Shown here: positions 1-13,262 of the stretch, piece by piece
Layout of the letters: the number at the start of each line of letters is the position of its first letter
How positions within the stretch are numbered: position 1 is the stretch's first letter
NCBI RefSeq assembly: GCF_006345805.1
Contig: NC_042997.1
Span: 24,118,001-24,182,000 of the forward strand
Reading direction: 5' to 3'
Source of the DNA: Octopus sinensis
Taxonomy: Eukaryota
DNA: 64,000 bases
The notes under the pieces: generated by a model
Seen by the model: the letters and a program-made list of their open reading frames with translations, nothing else
Told to the model about the DNA's origin: nothing
Database searches by the model: none
Made by a program: the position numbers and the translations under genes

Positions 1-194
1 TTTGGCGTTGAGTCTGGCGTACAGTGTGCCCTTCTGGAGTCCCTGCATGCAGAATTAAGACTGCATCTACATGTACTATCCCGTTTCTCCTCCATCGCTA
101 CAAGGTTTCTCATCCTGCTTGCACTTAGTAGTTTTAAAATGAAAGTCAGTCCGTGTAACTCGTTCCTACTCTCTACACTTGGAAGTTTGACCAT
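1..194 (-). CDS. Candidate first coding exon of an unidentified host gene, running off the left edge (MVKLPSVESRNELHGLTFILKLLSASRMRNLVAMEEKRDSTCRCSLNSACRDSRRAHCTPDSTP...)
   Basis: Minus-strand ATG at 194-192 in strong Kozak context (GCCACTATGG); in-frame TGA just upstream; open for 64 codons to the edge; higher GC than flanks; possible acceptor TTACAG at 240-235. No protein family recognised. Confidence 0.4.
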   Translation of the reverse strand, partial: MVKLPSVESRNELHGLTFILKLLSASRMRNLVAMEEKRDSTCRCSLNSACRDSRRAHCTPDSTP

Positions 195-1857
195 AGTGGC
201 TCAGCGGTCTAAGACGGTTGCAGTGACTCACAAGCTGTAAGCGTCACATTGAAATATATGTGTGCAATTTTAACATCGATTCAGTTTAAAACTACTGTTT
301 TATTTTTAATTGAGTTTCGAATGGTCGTATGGAGGTTAAGGTTGTTAGAAATAAAGTTTGTTTGATCCCAGTCAATGGAAAAGAATTAACAGAGCCATCG
401 GAATCTTAAACAACATCGCACAAGAAGTAGATGAAAGCGTATAATTCAATATAAAGTTACGAAAAATAGTCATTTCAAACTAGGTTGATAGTGTAATTAT
501 ATGTAAAAATACCCTCTTTATACTGTAAGAGACAACAACGTATTGATAGCAATATAGGTGTTGGGGAGAAAAATGCAATGTAAAGTGGATGAATGACCGA
601 AAGAAATACATTTTCTACTAATTTTGCAAATTGAAATCTAAATTTCTTGTTATTCGTTCAAAGTAGTTGAATTTAACTGTTCAAATTTCTCATTTATATT
701 TGGGGATAGAAATTACATTTCACTATCCTGCAATTCGGTAAATGGCTATTGAACTTAAGTTCACTGATGTTGAGTGAAATAACCTCTTCTCAGCTACAAT
801 GACAGCCTTTTATCTGTTCCAATTTCTCATTTACTTGGGGAGCTAAAAGAATTATAGGTCTGTAAGAAAGATTTCTGATTACTTCGGTAAAATCTGTCAT
901 AGAATTCACAGAATTCTATCTGTTGAACTTATCTGCAGTCTCAATATCAAATAGCTATTACGTACTACTTCTCCCTCTTCAGTTCTCAAAATTAGTCTTT
1001 TGTGATTGATCGCTTAAATTTCTTTTGGAAATTTATCTCTTGACACCTTCGAAAGGTATCATCGGAGATGGATTACAATGTTCTTGCATGTGCGAGTATG
1101 CGTGCGAATTCCATCATTTACGTGCCATAATATACAACTACCCACTCAAACCAAGATCAGTTATCCTCAACAACTCATTTAAGATTTCAGAAGCATTTAT
1201 AGGCCTCATCAGTACTAACATTATTACAAGCATCATATCTTAAAACGATTCAAATTCCTTGAGGATACTTTTCCATTCTTAACACCTGCAACCTCTGTCT
1301 CACAAGTCATCGATTTCTTTCACTCAGAATATCGAACAAAGTTCGTATCGTCACTGGGCCACTGTCTCATCTACGTTGTATATACATCGAAAAGCAAATC
1401 AAAACTGACCAAAGAATGAATTTCTTCAGAAAACAGATTGACTATGATTTTACAATTTTTTTCCATGGTGTATATAATGACACTCTCCCGCGTGTTTTGT
1501 TACTCGCTTTCGTAGAGAAAAATATGATAATTGTCATGTCAGTTAGTATTACAATTATTCGGCATTCGGCTTTAATAGTCCATATTCCATTGACGCACAA
1601 AAACAATTTACTTTCTGTCAAGTTTTGGCCTCTAATGAATGTTGCTGTCCAGTAGTGTCTTCTCATGAATCGGTTATAATGTCTATAGAATGGTAAAGTA
1701 GAGTTACATCTTGTATTTTATCCATGTTTCGTATGTAGCATAAGGCTTTCGGTAAAAAGCGAGTTATTTCAATTGCTAATTTCAATAAGAAAGTGAATGA
1801 TATTGTATGGAAAACACAATACCGCTTCTTATGAAAATTTTTAGCGTAAGTTATATA

Positions 1858-2758
1858 TACAGGTACCCAAAAGTAACCAGAAATATCTGTGGGACAAACC
1901 CATTGCAGTTTAGGCATCCACCACTAGACGACACTTAATGCGACACTCAGGCATCAGCCTGCCGACCGACATCCTCGGGTTGAATCGTACTATCACGTGG
2001 TGCGTCTTTGTTTTACAGTGCTTCTCCTTTGTTCATCGATTTTTTGGTGACTGAAACGAAGCAACACCGTGCTTCCTTGAAATTCTGTTTTCTGCTGGGG
2101 ACAACGGCGAACGAAACAGATGTCACGCTTCAAACCGCTTACACGGACTCTGCCATGAACAAAACGTCAAGTTTACGAGTGGTTTCCACGTTTTAGGATT
2201 GTTCACTTGTCACTTGAAGACCAACCTTGTTCAGGACGCCTGTCGACCTTCCGAACGAATGAAAACATCATGAAAATTCATGAAATGTTCTTGGAAGACC
2301 GTCATTGAAAAATTGATGAACTTGTTGATATGATTGGTGTGTCCTGGAATTCCTGCCAACGAATTTTGAGCGAGGAATTGCGAATGAAAAGAATTACAAC
2401 AAAGTTTGTGCCTCGGTTGCTCACGGAAGATCAAAAGCATTCATGAGTGAATGCGTCTCGTGAACTGAAAGAACAGTTGGAATCTGATCCGTACCTTGTT
2501 TATCCAAGGTTATCAATGGTAACGAAAGCTGGTGTTACGGAATTTGCAGATGTGGAAGATTAAAGCCTTTAAACGGAGGCGTTAAAAGGCATTATTTCGC
2601 AAGAGTTCTAGCACTGCTTTCAACGGTGGAAAACGCCTCTGGACCGATGCATTGCTTCAAATGGAGAATACTCTGATGGCGATAAAAGTGTAAACATGCA
2701 AATCTAAGCGAATAAAATAATATTGCAAATTTCCGGTTTCATTGGGTACCCCCGCGTA
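1858..2758 (+). mobile_element. Mariner transposon relic, internally deleted
   Basis: Decayed transposase: ASLKFCFLLGTTANET...QTAY...QVYEWF (~2070-2195), SGRLST...KFVPRLLTEDQK...KVINGNESWCY (2230-2540), then a jump to C-terminal FQRWKTPLDRCIASNGEY. Degenerate TIRs (GGTACCCAAAAGTAACCAGAAAT / ATTTCCGGTTTCATTGGGTACC) with TA flanks. Confidence 0.9.
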
Positions 2759-3231
2759 TATTTGTTAATTAGACCGTTCGTGTACTTTATCTGAATGTAG
2801 ATATGTAGAGATAAATGTGCACGGAATATTTTCGTTCGTAACTTGTACATAATAAATGTACGACAGGGATATACACACAAACATAGTCACAGTCTCTAAC
2901 GCACACGTGTTTGCATTGGCCCGTGGATTACTCTCATATGCAGAAGAATCACACTCTTATTTAATCCGATATTTCCCCTTATAATTTTATCGTTTTCACC
3001 ATTGTACATTCATTTCTGAAGAAGAAAAAATGCCCGAAACGTCTTAATAACACTTTCGAATCCTCTAAGCATAAAATAAAAATTGATTGGGAACTTATCT
3101 CGTTGTTAATTGGTGTTAGAAATTAATTGGTGAAAGAAATTCAAAGTTGATCTCGTTGGGATTTGAATCTAGACCCAGAGAATCGGAACAATAAAGAAAG
3201 TATAATTTACGATGTTCTGTCAACGGTTTTT

Positions 3232-3235
3232 GATT

Positions 3236-3267
<32 letters not shown>

Positions 3268-3452
3268 TCGTTTGATTTCTTTCTCTGTCTCTCTCTTTCT
3301 TTCTTTCATTCTTTCTTTCTCTCTTTCTTTCTTTCTCTCTTTCTTTCTTTCTTTCTTTCTTTCGTTTGATTTCTTTCTCTGTCTCTCTCTTTCTTTCTTT
3401 CCTTCTTTCTTTCTTTCCTTCTTTCTTTCTTTCTTTTTTTTTCTTTCTTTCT
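3232..3452. repeat. (TTTC)n/(TC)n compound microsatellite
   Basis: Direct reading; the CTTTCGTTTGATTTCTTTCTCTGTCTCT block occurs twice. Confidence 0.9.
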
Positions 3453-4670
3453 GTGTCTGAACAAATGAATATGCATATATTATGCACGTTTATGTACATA
3501 CAAATGCACATATATCTCTACGTACTCAGACCAATTTTTACACATCTCTCTCTCTCTCTCTCTCTCTTACTCTGTCAACCTTTTCCTTGCAAAATTTAAT
3601 AAAAAAATGTACTCTAAGTAGTAATGAGAAATCCTTCAGTTTAGTGTGAATTTATTTTTATATATATCTTGATGTAAGAAGAAACATCAATATGTGAACG
3701 AGTTGCTTTATATGTATTTGTATTCCTTTACTTCTGTGTGCGTATGCATGCGTAAGCATGTGTATGTGCGCCCATGCGTCCGCCTGTGTGCACAAGCAGT
3801 ATTAAACATTATATATTTGCAATTTGGAATAGAAAAATAGAAATATATGCGTAAGTTTGTGCATCTATGTCTCTGTGTGTGTGTATGTATGTGTGTATGT
3901 GGTGGGTATATGTATGTCGATGTACACACGCTATCTGATTACACGTATATATCTGAACGAATAAAGGCCTAGTCGCTTTTATAAACGCTGCAATGCTCTA
4001 CAATTTATGCGTCAGTTTGATTTACAGTTTGAAAAAGCCTTAGAGATTTTCTAAGAGTCTGTTTAAATAGTTCGTTTCATTCATTTAGTTTCTTTGCTGA
4101 AAGCTGAGCATTTAGAAATCGATGTTTATATCACTGTGTTTGTAATTACCGGCTGTTTGCTAATCTATGAATTTTTAAATCACTTGAAGAGCATATGGGA
4201 TTTAAGAGAAGAACCAAACAGCGTACTTTTATTGCCTTAAAACGGCAGAGACACAAATCTCGGGCGTATCACGTAATTTGTTAACGTGATATTTGGCGTA
4301 AGCTTACGGCAATATTGCTAATTTAATATTGAAGCCAAGATCTCATGGAATTATTCTGACTCACATACACACACACACGCGCGTGTGCACACACAGGCAC
4401 ACGTTATAAACATACACACATTTAAATAGAGACACTAACACACATACCTTTACACACAAACACACACATAGGTGCACGATATACACAAATATATGTAGAT
4501 GTATGTATCTCTTGATCATAGAGATAACAGTAATTTATCCAATTTTAACCTTTTCCCATTTACTCATTCACTTCTCTCTCTCTCTCTCTCTGTCTTACAC
4601 ACACCCACATACACGGACATACACACATACACACATACACACTCCTTCATCCTTTACCTCTGACTTCCTC

Positions 4671-4704
<34 letters not shown>

Positions 4705-4801
4705 TATATATATATGCATACTTATATATATATATATATATAATATATGCATACATATATATACATATATATATTATATATTTATATATATATATATATA
4801 T

Positions 4802-4885
<84 letters not shown>

Positions 4886-5670
4886 TGAATGTGTGTATAT
4901 GCATGTACACACACAAACATACCCCATATATACATACCTGCATTTATAGAGATACATGTATGAATGTGTGCATGTGTGTGTGTGTGTGTGTATGTGTGTG
5001 TGTAGATACACACACATCTTTTGTTGTAAAATCACTTCGTGATAACAATGAACACCAATTGTTTTGACTTCATCTATTTAAACGCCTACCTCAAGAATCA
5101 GAAAGTTGGCAATTATATCTTTGAAATTGTTCAGAGAGTATTTCAATACAATGACTTGCAAACAATATGACACATCTTCCTTCGTCGCTACAAGTTCTCT
5201 TAATCACTAAAGTCAAAATAAAAGGAATCTATTGTTGAAAAATTAGTAAAACCTATAACGATTTATCACTTGAACACGAGAAAATGACTGTAAGGAGGAA
5301 TAATACGTGTTATAGAGCTCGCTATATTTCTGGAGAGCATTAACAATACAAGAAGTGTTTAACAATATGAATGTTATTCAGTTAGAAATGGAGAGGTTCT
5401 GTAACGAAGCTCGCAGTTAACTTTGATTTGGTACTTATCAGTGAATGTTTCATTTACCAATTTACATGAGGGAACAAGTATTTGTTGGCTTGTCTTAGAA
5501 TGTCCGGAGAGTTTGCCACTGAGGAGACCAACTTATTTTAATCCAGTGGCGTTTTGAGCAAAGCCTTCTGCTTTTCAGACACAATTGCTTTTGAAAAGTT
5601 TCTTTGTGAGAAATGATTATAGTCTGTATACGCATTATATATTTTATACACACCGGTATATATATATATA

Positions 5671-5882
5671 TTACTCTTTTACTCTTTTACTTGTTTCAGT
5701 CATTTGACTGCGGCCATGCTGGAGCACCGCCTTTAATCGAGCAACTCGATCCCGGGACTTATTCTTTTGTAAGCCCAGTACTTATTCTATCGGTCTCTTT
5801 TGCCGAACCGCTAAGTAACGGGGATATAACACACCAGCATTGGTTGTCAAGCAATGCCAGGGGGAGAAACACAGACACAGAA

Positions 5883-5959
<77 letters not shown>

Positions 5960-6142
5960 ATATATATATACATATATACGACGGGCTTCTTTCAGTTTCC
6001 GTCTACCAAATCCACTCACAAGGCTTTGGTCGGCCCGAGGCTATAGTAGAAGACACTTGCCCAAGGTGCCACGCAGTGGGATTGAACCCGGAACCATGTG
6101 GTTGGTAAACAAGCTACTTACCACACAGCCACTCCTGCGCCT
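5671..6142 (-). mobile_element. tRNA-derived SINE family A (internal (TA)n(TG)n, CR1-like 3' tail)
   Basis: Head AGGCGCAGGAGTGGCTGTGTGGTAAGTAGC with A-box and B-box GGTTCAATCCC; tail ...GACTGAAACAAG(TAAAAGAG)n; multiple copies in window. Confidence 0.9.
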
Positions 6143-6274
6143 ATATATACATATTTTAAGCTTTCTCTTTCGCTCTCTTGTCTCTCTCCCTTTCTCACTC
6201 CTTCGCTCACTGTCTACATCTCCTTGTCTCAATCTCTGTCTCTCCTTCTCTCACAGTCTCTCTCACCACCCTCT

Positions 6275-7720
6275 CTATCTATATATATGTCTATCTATAT
6301 ATATATATATGTCTATCTATATATATGTCTATCTATATATATATGTCTATCTATATATATATGTCTATCTATATATATATATGTCTATCTATATATATAT
6401 GTCTATCTATATATATGTCTATCTATATATATATGTCTATCTATATATATGTCTATCTATATATATATGTCTATCTATATATATATGTCTATCTATATAT
6501 ATATATATGTCTATCTATATATAATGTCTATCTATATATATTCTATCTATCTATATAATATATGTCTATCTATATATATATATGTCTATCTATATATATA
6601 TGTCTATCTATATATATATTATGTCTATCTATATATATTGTCTATCTATATATATGTCTATCTATCTATATATATGTCTCTCTATATATATGTCATCTAT
6701 ATATATATGTCTATCTATATATATATGTCTATCTATATATATATGTCTATCTATATATGTCTATCTATATATATATTCTATCTATATATATGTCTATCTA
6801 TATATATATGTCTATCTATATATATGTCTATCTATATATATATGTCTATCTATATATATATGTCTATCTATATATATATGTCTATCTATATATATTTCTA
6901 TCTATCTATATATATGTCTATCTTATATATATGTCTATCTATATATTATATGTCTATCTATATATATATGTCTATCTATATATATATGTCTATCTATATA
7001 TATGTCTATCTATATATATGTCTATCTATATATATATGTCTATCTATATATATGTCTATCTATATATATATGTCTATCTATATATATATGTCTATCTATA
7101 TATATATGTCTATCTATATATATTTCTATCTATCTATATATATATGTCTATCTATATATATGTCTATCTATATATATATGTCTATCTATATATATATGTC
7201 TATCTATATATATATGTCTATCTATATATATTTCTATCTATCTATACATATATGTCTATCTATATATATGTCTATCTATATATATATGTCTATCTATATA
7301 TATGTCTATCTATATATATATATGTCTATCTATATATATGTCTATCTATATATATATGTCTATCTATATATATGTCTATCTATATATATATGTCTATCTA
7401 TATATATGTCTATCTATATATATATATATGTCTATCTATATATATTTCTATCTATCTATATATATATGTCTATCTATATATATGTCTATCTATATATATA
7501 TGTCTATCTATATATATGTCTATCTATATATATGTCTATCTATATATATGTCTATCTATATATATATGTCTATCTATATATATGTCTATCTATATATATA
7601 TATATGTCTATCTATATATATATGTCTATCTATATATATATGTCTATCTATATATATATGTCTATCTATATATATATGTCTATCTATATATATATATATG
7701 TCTATCTATATATATTTCTA
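6275..7720. repeat. Compound minisatellite GTCTATCT(AT)n, ~1.45 kb
   Basis: Dozens of units read directly; source of the spurious 380-560 aa YIY ORFs. Confidence 0.95.
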
Positions 7721-7727
7721 GCTATAT

Positions 7728-7998
7728 CTTTTCTCTGTTTAGTTATAAGACTGCGGCCATGCAGGAACACTGCCTTGAAGAACTTTTAGTCGAATGAATC
7801 AAACCCAGTACTTGTTTTGTTAAACCTGGTACTTATTCAATCAGTCTCATTCTAGCGAACTGGTAAGTTACGGAAACATAAATAAAACAACAAGCGGTTA
7901 TTCAAACAGTGGTTACACACACGCACAAAAGCACACACACGCACAAACGCACACACACACACACACATACACACATATTCGACGGATTTCTTTCAGTT
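7728..7998 (-). mobile_element. Diverged 3' part of SINE family A
   Basis: GACTGCGGCCATGC, CCAGTACTT, TAAGTTACGG and CGACGGATTTCTTTCAGTTTC motifs in family order. Confidence 0.7.
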
Positions 7999-8070
7999 TC
8001 TGTGGTGTCCAGCGCATAAACATACAACACACGACATATATAACTATGTAGTACAAATACCTATATATTT

Positions 8071-8487
8071 AGGCGCGGGAGTGGCTGTGTGGTAAGTAGC
8101 TTGCTTACGAACCACATGGTTCTGGGTTCAATCCCACTGCGTGGCATCTTGGGCAAGTGTCTTCTGCTATAGCTCCGGGCCGACCAATGCCTTGTGAGTG
8201 GATTTGGTAGACGGAAACTGAAAGAAGCCCGTCGTATATATGTATATATATATATGTATGTGTGTGTGTGTTTGTGTGTCTGTGTTTGTCCCCCTAGCAT
8301 TGCTTGACAACCGATGCTGGTGTGTTTATGTCCCCGTTACTTAGCGGTTCGGCAAAAGAGACCAAAAGAATAAGTACTGGGCTTACAAAGAATAAGTCCC
8401 GGGGTCGATTTGCTCGACTAAAGGCGGTGCTCCAGCATGGCCGCAGTCAAATGACTGAAACAAGAAAAAGAGTAAAAAGAGAAAGAG
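8071..8487 (+). mobile_element. SINE family A, full length
   Basis: Near-identical to 20679-21096 and the reverse complement of 5671-6142. Confidence 0.9.
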
Positions 8488-8811
8488 TATATATACATCA
8501 AAACTCAAATGTACGGAACATAACTCTGTATTTGACTTTTCCATTAAAGTACTGTGTTATGTGTTTGCGGACCGCTTGGTCACTATTATAAATTTCCAAC
8601 AGATGCTCGTAGAACATCTCGCCCAAAAGTGGATCCTTTTCGCTCATGGATAATATAGTAAAGGGATTGCACACTATTCATCAAGTGGTGCTCTAGGGTT
8701 AGCCAAACTTTGGCTGAAACGTATCTAAGTTATTTGAGTTATTATTTTATTTAGTAAGATGGATAAAGTGCAGTCAAACCTTTCGATTATGCTGGAACTT
8801 TGTAGATTAAT

Positions 8812-9005
8812 TGTTGTTCCTTGTTGTGTCATGCCCGGCTCATAAGGGCCGGTTTCTCGGTTTCCTTGGCGTATAGGTTCTCCACCTGGACGGGACGCCG
8901 GTCCGTCGCTGGTGTGCTGCAAGATGCAGGAAGAAAGAGTGAGAGAAAGTTTATGGCGAAAGAGTCAGATCACGAGTCTGCTGCTCTAACCACTAGGCCA
9001 TCTAG
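8812..9005 (-). mobile_element. Mosaic SINE: family C-type head and middle, family D-type tail
   Basis: Minus strand: TGGCCTAGTGGTTAGAGCAGCAGACTCG head, CTCTTTCGCCATAAACTTTCTCTCACTC middle, GCGACGGACCGGCGTCCCGTCC...GAAACCGGCCCTTATGAGCC tail. Confidence 0.65.
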
Positions 9006-10029
9006 GTGATGGATGTGGCAGTTTTGATTTGTCAAACGGCTAGGAAACTCCTGACTTTGGAAATTTTTGATTGATAAGATTTTAGGCTCTGGGAAGGTCG
9101 TGATGGTAGCGAGAAAGCGAAAGCTACGAAATATATTTTTCAACAGACAATTAGAAATTCCGAAATAAATACTTTAGCAGATATTCTTTAAAGCAGTTCC
9201 AAGTGTTAGCATATTTAGTAGGTACGACTTCGTGTAGCATTTCTTAAACTTCTATCAAGCAAAATCTTAAAATTTAGTGAATTCTAAATTATAGTTCTAT
9301 TTTTTAATATCTAATTTCTATATTTTTCTTTTATCTGTCTTGCATTTGCTGATCCATTGATCACGACATCATTACATGTCGCTGTTCCTTTCCTCCTTCC
9401 GCTCCTCATTCCTCTCTTACTCTATAAAAAAAAAAGCTACGGTACATAGCGAGGGGGAAACAGAAAAGGGAGGAAAGAGAGTGAAAGAGAGAGAGAGAGA
9501 GAATGATTGAAAGGTGGAATATATTTAATTGAAAGGAAATTGTAGACAGTGATTTCGAATTCACCGTTGTTATTTTCGTCAGGCAGTCTAACGAAAACAA
9601 AGTTTTCCTAGTAAAACTATATGTGACACTGTTTAACGTTATGCTGGAGTAACTTCAAATAATATTTTGATGTTAATATATATAACTAGACATGGAAACA
9701 CACACACACACACATACACACACACAGAGCTTGAGAGTAGTCAGATGGAGAGATTGTGGAGAATCAGATAGATAACATATATACAGAAAGATTACTGGAA
9801 ACGTAGATCAACTGGCAAATGAATGCATATGTCATGATTGGTAAACTATACGTTGTAAACAAATGCATATATAAATCAAATTAAAAAAAAGATCATGGCT
9901 TACAAAACTAAAAATTAATTCATTAACACGAACATTACACATATATATCCATATATCTATGTAACACATGTAATATTTAAATATATACATAGATATATAT
10001 ATATACATATATATATATGTGTGTATATA

Positions 10030-10068
<39 letters not shown>

Positions 10069-11222
10069 TATATATAATATATATCTATATATATATATAT
10101 TTATCATATATCATATATATATAATATATATTTATATGTCGTATGTATATTACCTTACATTTTTTCGTTATATATATATATATATATGTATATATTTGTA
10201 TATATACATATATATATAATTTATATATATTTGTATATATATATATATATTATATATATATATATATATATTTGCATATATACATATATATATAAATATA
10301 ATATATATGTATATATATATATGTATGTAATAATATATATTTGTATATATATATTATATATACATTCACATATACATACACACAACACACACACATACAC
10401 ACAACACACACACATACACACACACAACACATACACATACAGATAATTTAGCTTATATGCGAAAATTGACAAAGTTTCAGAGAAGAGTAAACGCGAAGAG
10501 TTTGAGATAAATAATGAAAAACAGCAAAGTTTCTTAAACTGGAAATAACAAAATGAAATAACAAAAAAAAACAGAAGATATTGTTAGCAAAAAAAAAATT
10601 AATAAATAACAATAAATAAATAAAATAAAATAAAATAAACAACAAAATAAGCACAATGAACAAATAAATACAGAGAATGCATGATGACAGTTTTAAGGTA
10701 TGTTGAGAGAAAAGGAGAGAGAGCAAAAAGAGAGGAATATATACAGATATACAAACATACAGTGAACAATGAATTGTTGAAAAAAGTAAACTAGACTCGA
10801 AACATTGAAAAACAACGAGAAATTCAGTTTAGAATTCAATAGATTTTTCAAATTTGCTTCAAAAGGATGTTTAAGAAATGTTAGATGAGGTTATGTTAGA
10901 CGTGCACGATAAATATGCCATCACGGCGAGATATTTAGAAAAAAAAAATAACTGCTAACGTATACATTGCGCAACATTTAATGTATTATATATAAATGCG
11001 TGTTCGCGTAACTAGGTGTGCAGGTGTTTGCGCATGCGCGTCTCTCTCTCTCTCCGTATCTCTTAATCTCTCTATATCTTTCTCACTCTCACTCTCACAC
11101 TCTCTCTCTCCCTATATATATATATATATATATATAATGTGTGTCTGTGTGTGGTGTGTATGTGTGGGTGTCTGTATGCATATTTGTATATATTTATATA
11201 TGTATATATAGGCAAATGTTCA

Positions 11223-12216
11223 CACAAGATCTGATCAATAAGTATCCGGGCTGTTGCCATAGTAACGAAGCTAAAGCAATTAGAGTAAAGTCCTTTGGCA
11301 CTGATTGACCTTGAACTCTGTTGTGCGTGCGCACTAACTTTTGAAGTTCTGTTTCACGTCTACTCTTCACAGCAGTGCTTGGAAGGAACGTGTGTAGCGT
11401 GTGATCGTCGCATTGACCATGACAGAGAAAGTTGTCACGGCGATACCTGCTCAAAGGCCTACACAAATTTGTAGAAAGTATATGGACAGGCGTGTATGAG
11501 CTGCACACAAGTGTACGAGTAGTTCAGACGTTTCCAAGATGGCCGAAATGTGTCGATATTGTTGAACGTTCTGGGAGACCCACAACCAACAGAATTGAGA
11601 AGATGAATATTGGGTCAAGATGAATATTGGGTTCATCATTTTCAGACAATACCTGCAGTGGAAACACCTATCCTGACCGGATCGAAAGAAGGCCAAGGTC
11701 GTTTAATTTGAAGGGAAGGTGATGACGTCAGGTTTTTGAGTATCTTTTAAAAAGGTGTCACAGATTCAATGGAGAGGACTATACCCACTTCCTGATGCAG
11801 TTACAAAAATTTATCAAGGCGACACGTCCAAGAAAACTGATGAAAGGGATCTTATTTCATCAGGACAATGCTCCAGCGCACAAGTCCTTGGTTTCAATGG
11901 CTTCTGCGGATGATTGTGGCTTTGAAATGGTTGATCACCGTCCTTATTCTGATTTGGCCCCATGTAACTATCATCTCTTTGCCAATACGAAAACCCCGCT
12001 GGGAACCAGTGTCGTAATAATCTTTACGTCATATCTGCAGTTCATGACATTATTTTGACAAAAAGATAAAAATTTTTCACCAATGGGATCCGAGCACAAC
12101 AACACCGATAGAATAACTGTGTAGACCGTAAAGGGGACTATGTTGAAAATTCTCATCTAGTCACATTCTAAGAGGGGGTCTTGATCGGCATGTGAATTTT
12201 TCAGCTGATCCTCGTG
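11223..12216 (+). mobile_element. Mariner transposase relic (possibly two fused families)
   Basis: HGDTCSKAY..KVYGQACMSCTQVYE.FRRFQDGR, then GILFHQDNAPAHKS, HRPYSDLAPCNYHLF, CVDRKGDYVE; TIR-like ends. Confidence 0.9.
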
Positions 12217-12497
12217 TGTATGCGTGTGTGTACGCGTGTTTGTATACACAAACACACACGTACACAACAAACACACACATACGAACACACAGATCTTTAC
12301 GTATCCATGTATGTTTAAGACTGCTGCGAAATGTACTTACTGAATAGAACTGTACTGAATATCTGTATAAAGTCATTTAGTAGACCGCTGTATAAAATGC
12401 ATTTGAAATGTTTAAAATGCCTGTTTACGTAGTTTATAAATAGTTTAGGAAAAGTAAAATTGACTTAGAACAGACGGTGAACAAGTTCAAAACTGAA

Positions 12498-12505
12498 AAT
12501 AATAA

Positions 12506-12557
<52 letters not shown>

Positions 12558-12598
12558 TAATAATAATAATAATAATAATAAAATAATAATAATAATTA
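12498..12598. repeat. (AAT)n microsatellite
   Basis: Direct reading. Confidence 0.95.
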
Positions 12599-12799
12599 TT
12601 ATAAAGGTTCGCGAATTCACTAAAATAACAACTTACCAAGAGACACGAGGGTGGTTCATATCGCTACTTTACCGCTCCACTTCATCTTCTCGGCTGCTTT
12701 AAGAGGGCCACTTTCAATGGTATCTTACCCAGTTTGAAGGAACTAAATGTGTTGTATAATCAGTATAATTCATGCTAATGTCTTAGAAAACATTCTTTT

Positions 12800-13066
12800 A
12801 TTCTTTTACTTGTCTCTGTCATTTGACTGCGGCTACGCTGGGGCACTGCCCCAAAAGGCTTTTTTGTCGAAGAAATCGACCCAGGACTTAATCTTTGCAG
12901 TACTTATGCTATGTCCTATTTTGCCGAACCGCTAAGTTACGGGGACGTAAAGATACCAACATCAGTTTTCAAGCGATATTGAGTGGACAAACACTGACAC
13001 AAAGTTACACACACATAAATACCTACATACATATATACATACTTACGACAGGCTTTTTTTCAGTTT
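12800..13066 (-). mobile_element. Diverged 3' part of SINE family A
   Basis: TCATTTGACTGCGGCTACGCTGGGGCAC...GCCGAACCGCTAAGTTACGGGGACG...CAGTTTC. Confidence 0.75.
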
Positions 13067-13069
13067 CTG

Positions 13070-13262
13070 CGAAAATAAACAAAAGACGAAAGCAGGTGGA
13101 GTACAAACAAACAATTGTATTAGTATGGCGCTCAGGAATAGAAATAAAACAAGTCTTTTACGTTTCGAGCCTACGCTCTTCGACAGAAAGATACGCAGAA
13201 AAGAAACAAGGAGAGAAACAAGGAGAGAAAAAAATTGCGTGTAGGGGCTAACGATCCAACAT
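13070..13262 (-). mobile_element. ~190-bp interspersed repeat carrying a minimal hammerhead (Penelope pLTR-like)
   Basis: Second highly similar copy at 23650-23860; contains the hammerhead fold listed separately. Confidence 0.7.
13154..13191 (-). ncRNA. Minimal type I hammerhead fold with variant core CUGUCGA
   Basis: UCUUU-CUGUCGA-A-GAGC(GUAG)GCUC-GAAA-CGU-A-AAAGA: 5-bp stem I, 4-bp stem II, ACGU palindromic stem III. Confidence 0.6.

Noticed and set aside
1200-1250. CTGATGA...GAAA on the minus strand as a hammerhead
   Set aside because: No convincing stem I, II or III pairing.
6098-7797. ORFs of 379-563 aa
   Set aside because: Translations of the GTCTATCT(AT)n minisatellite. The same applies to all YI/HT/CV/poly-L/N/D ORFs in the track.
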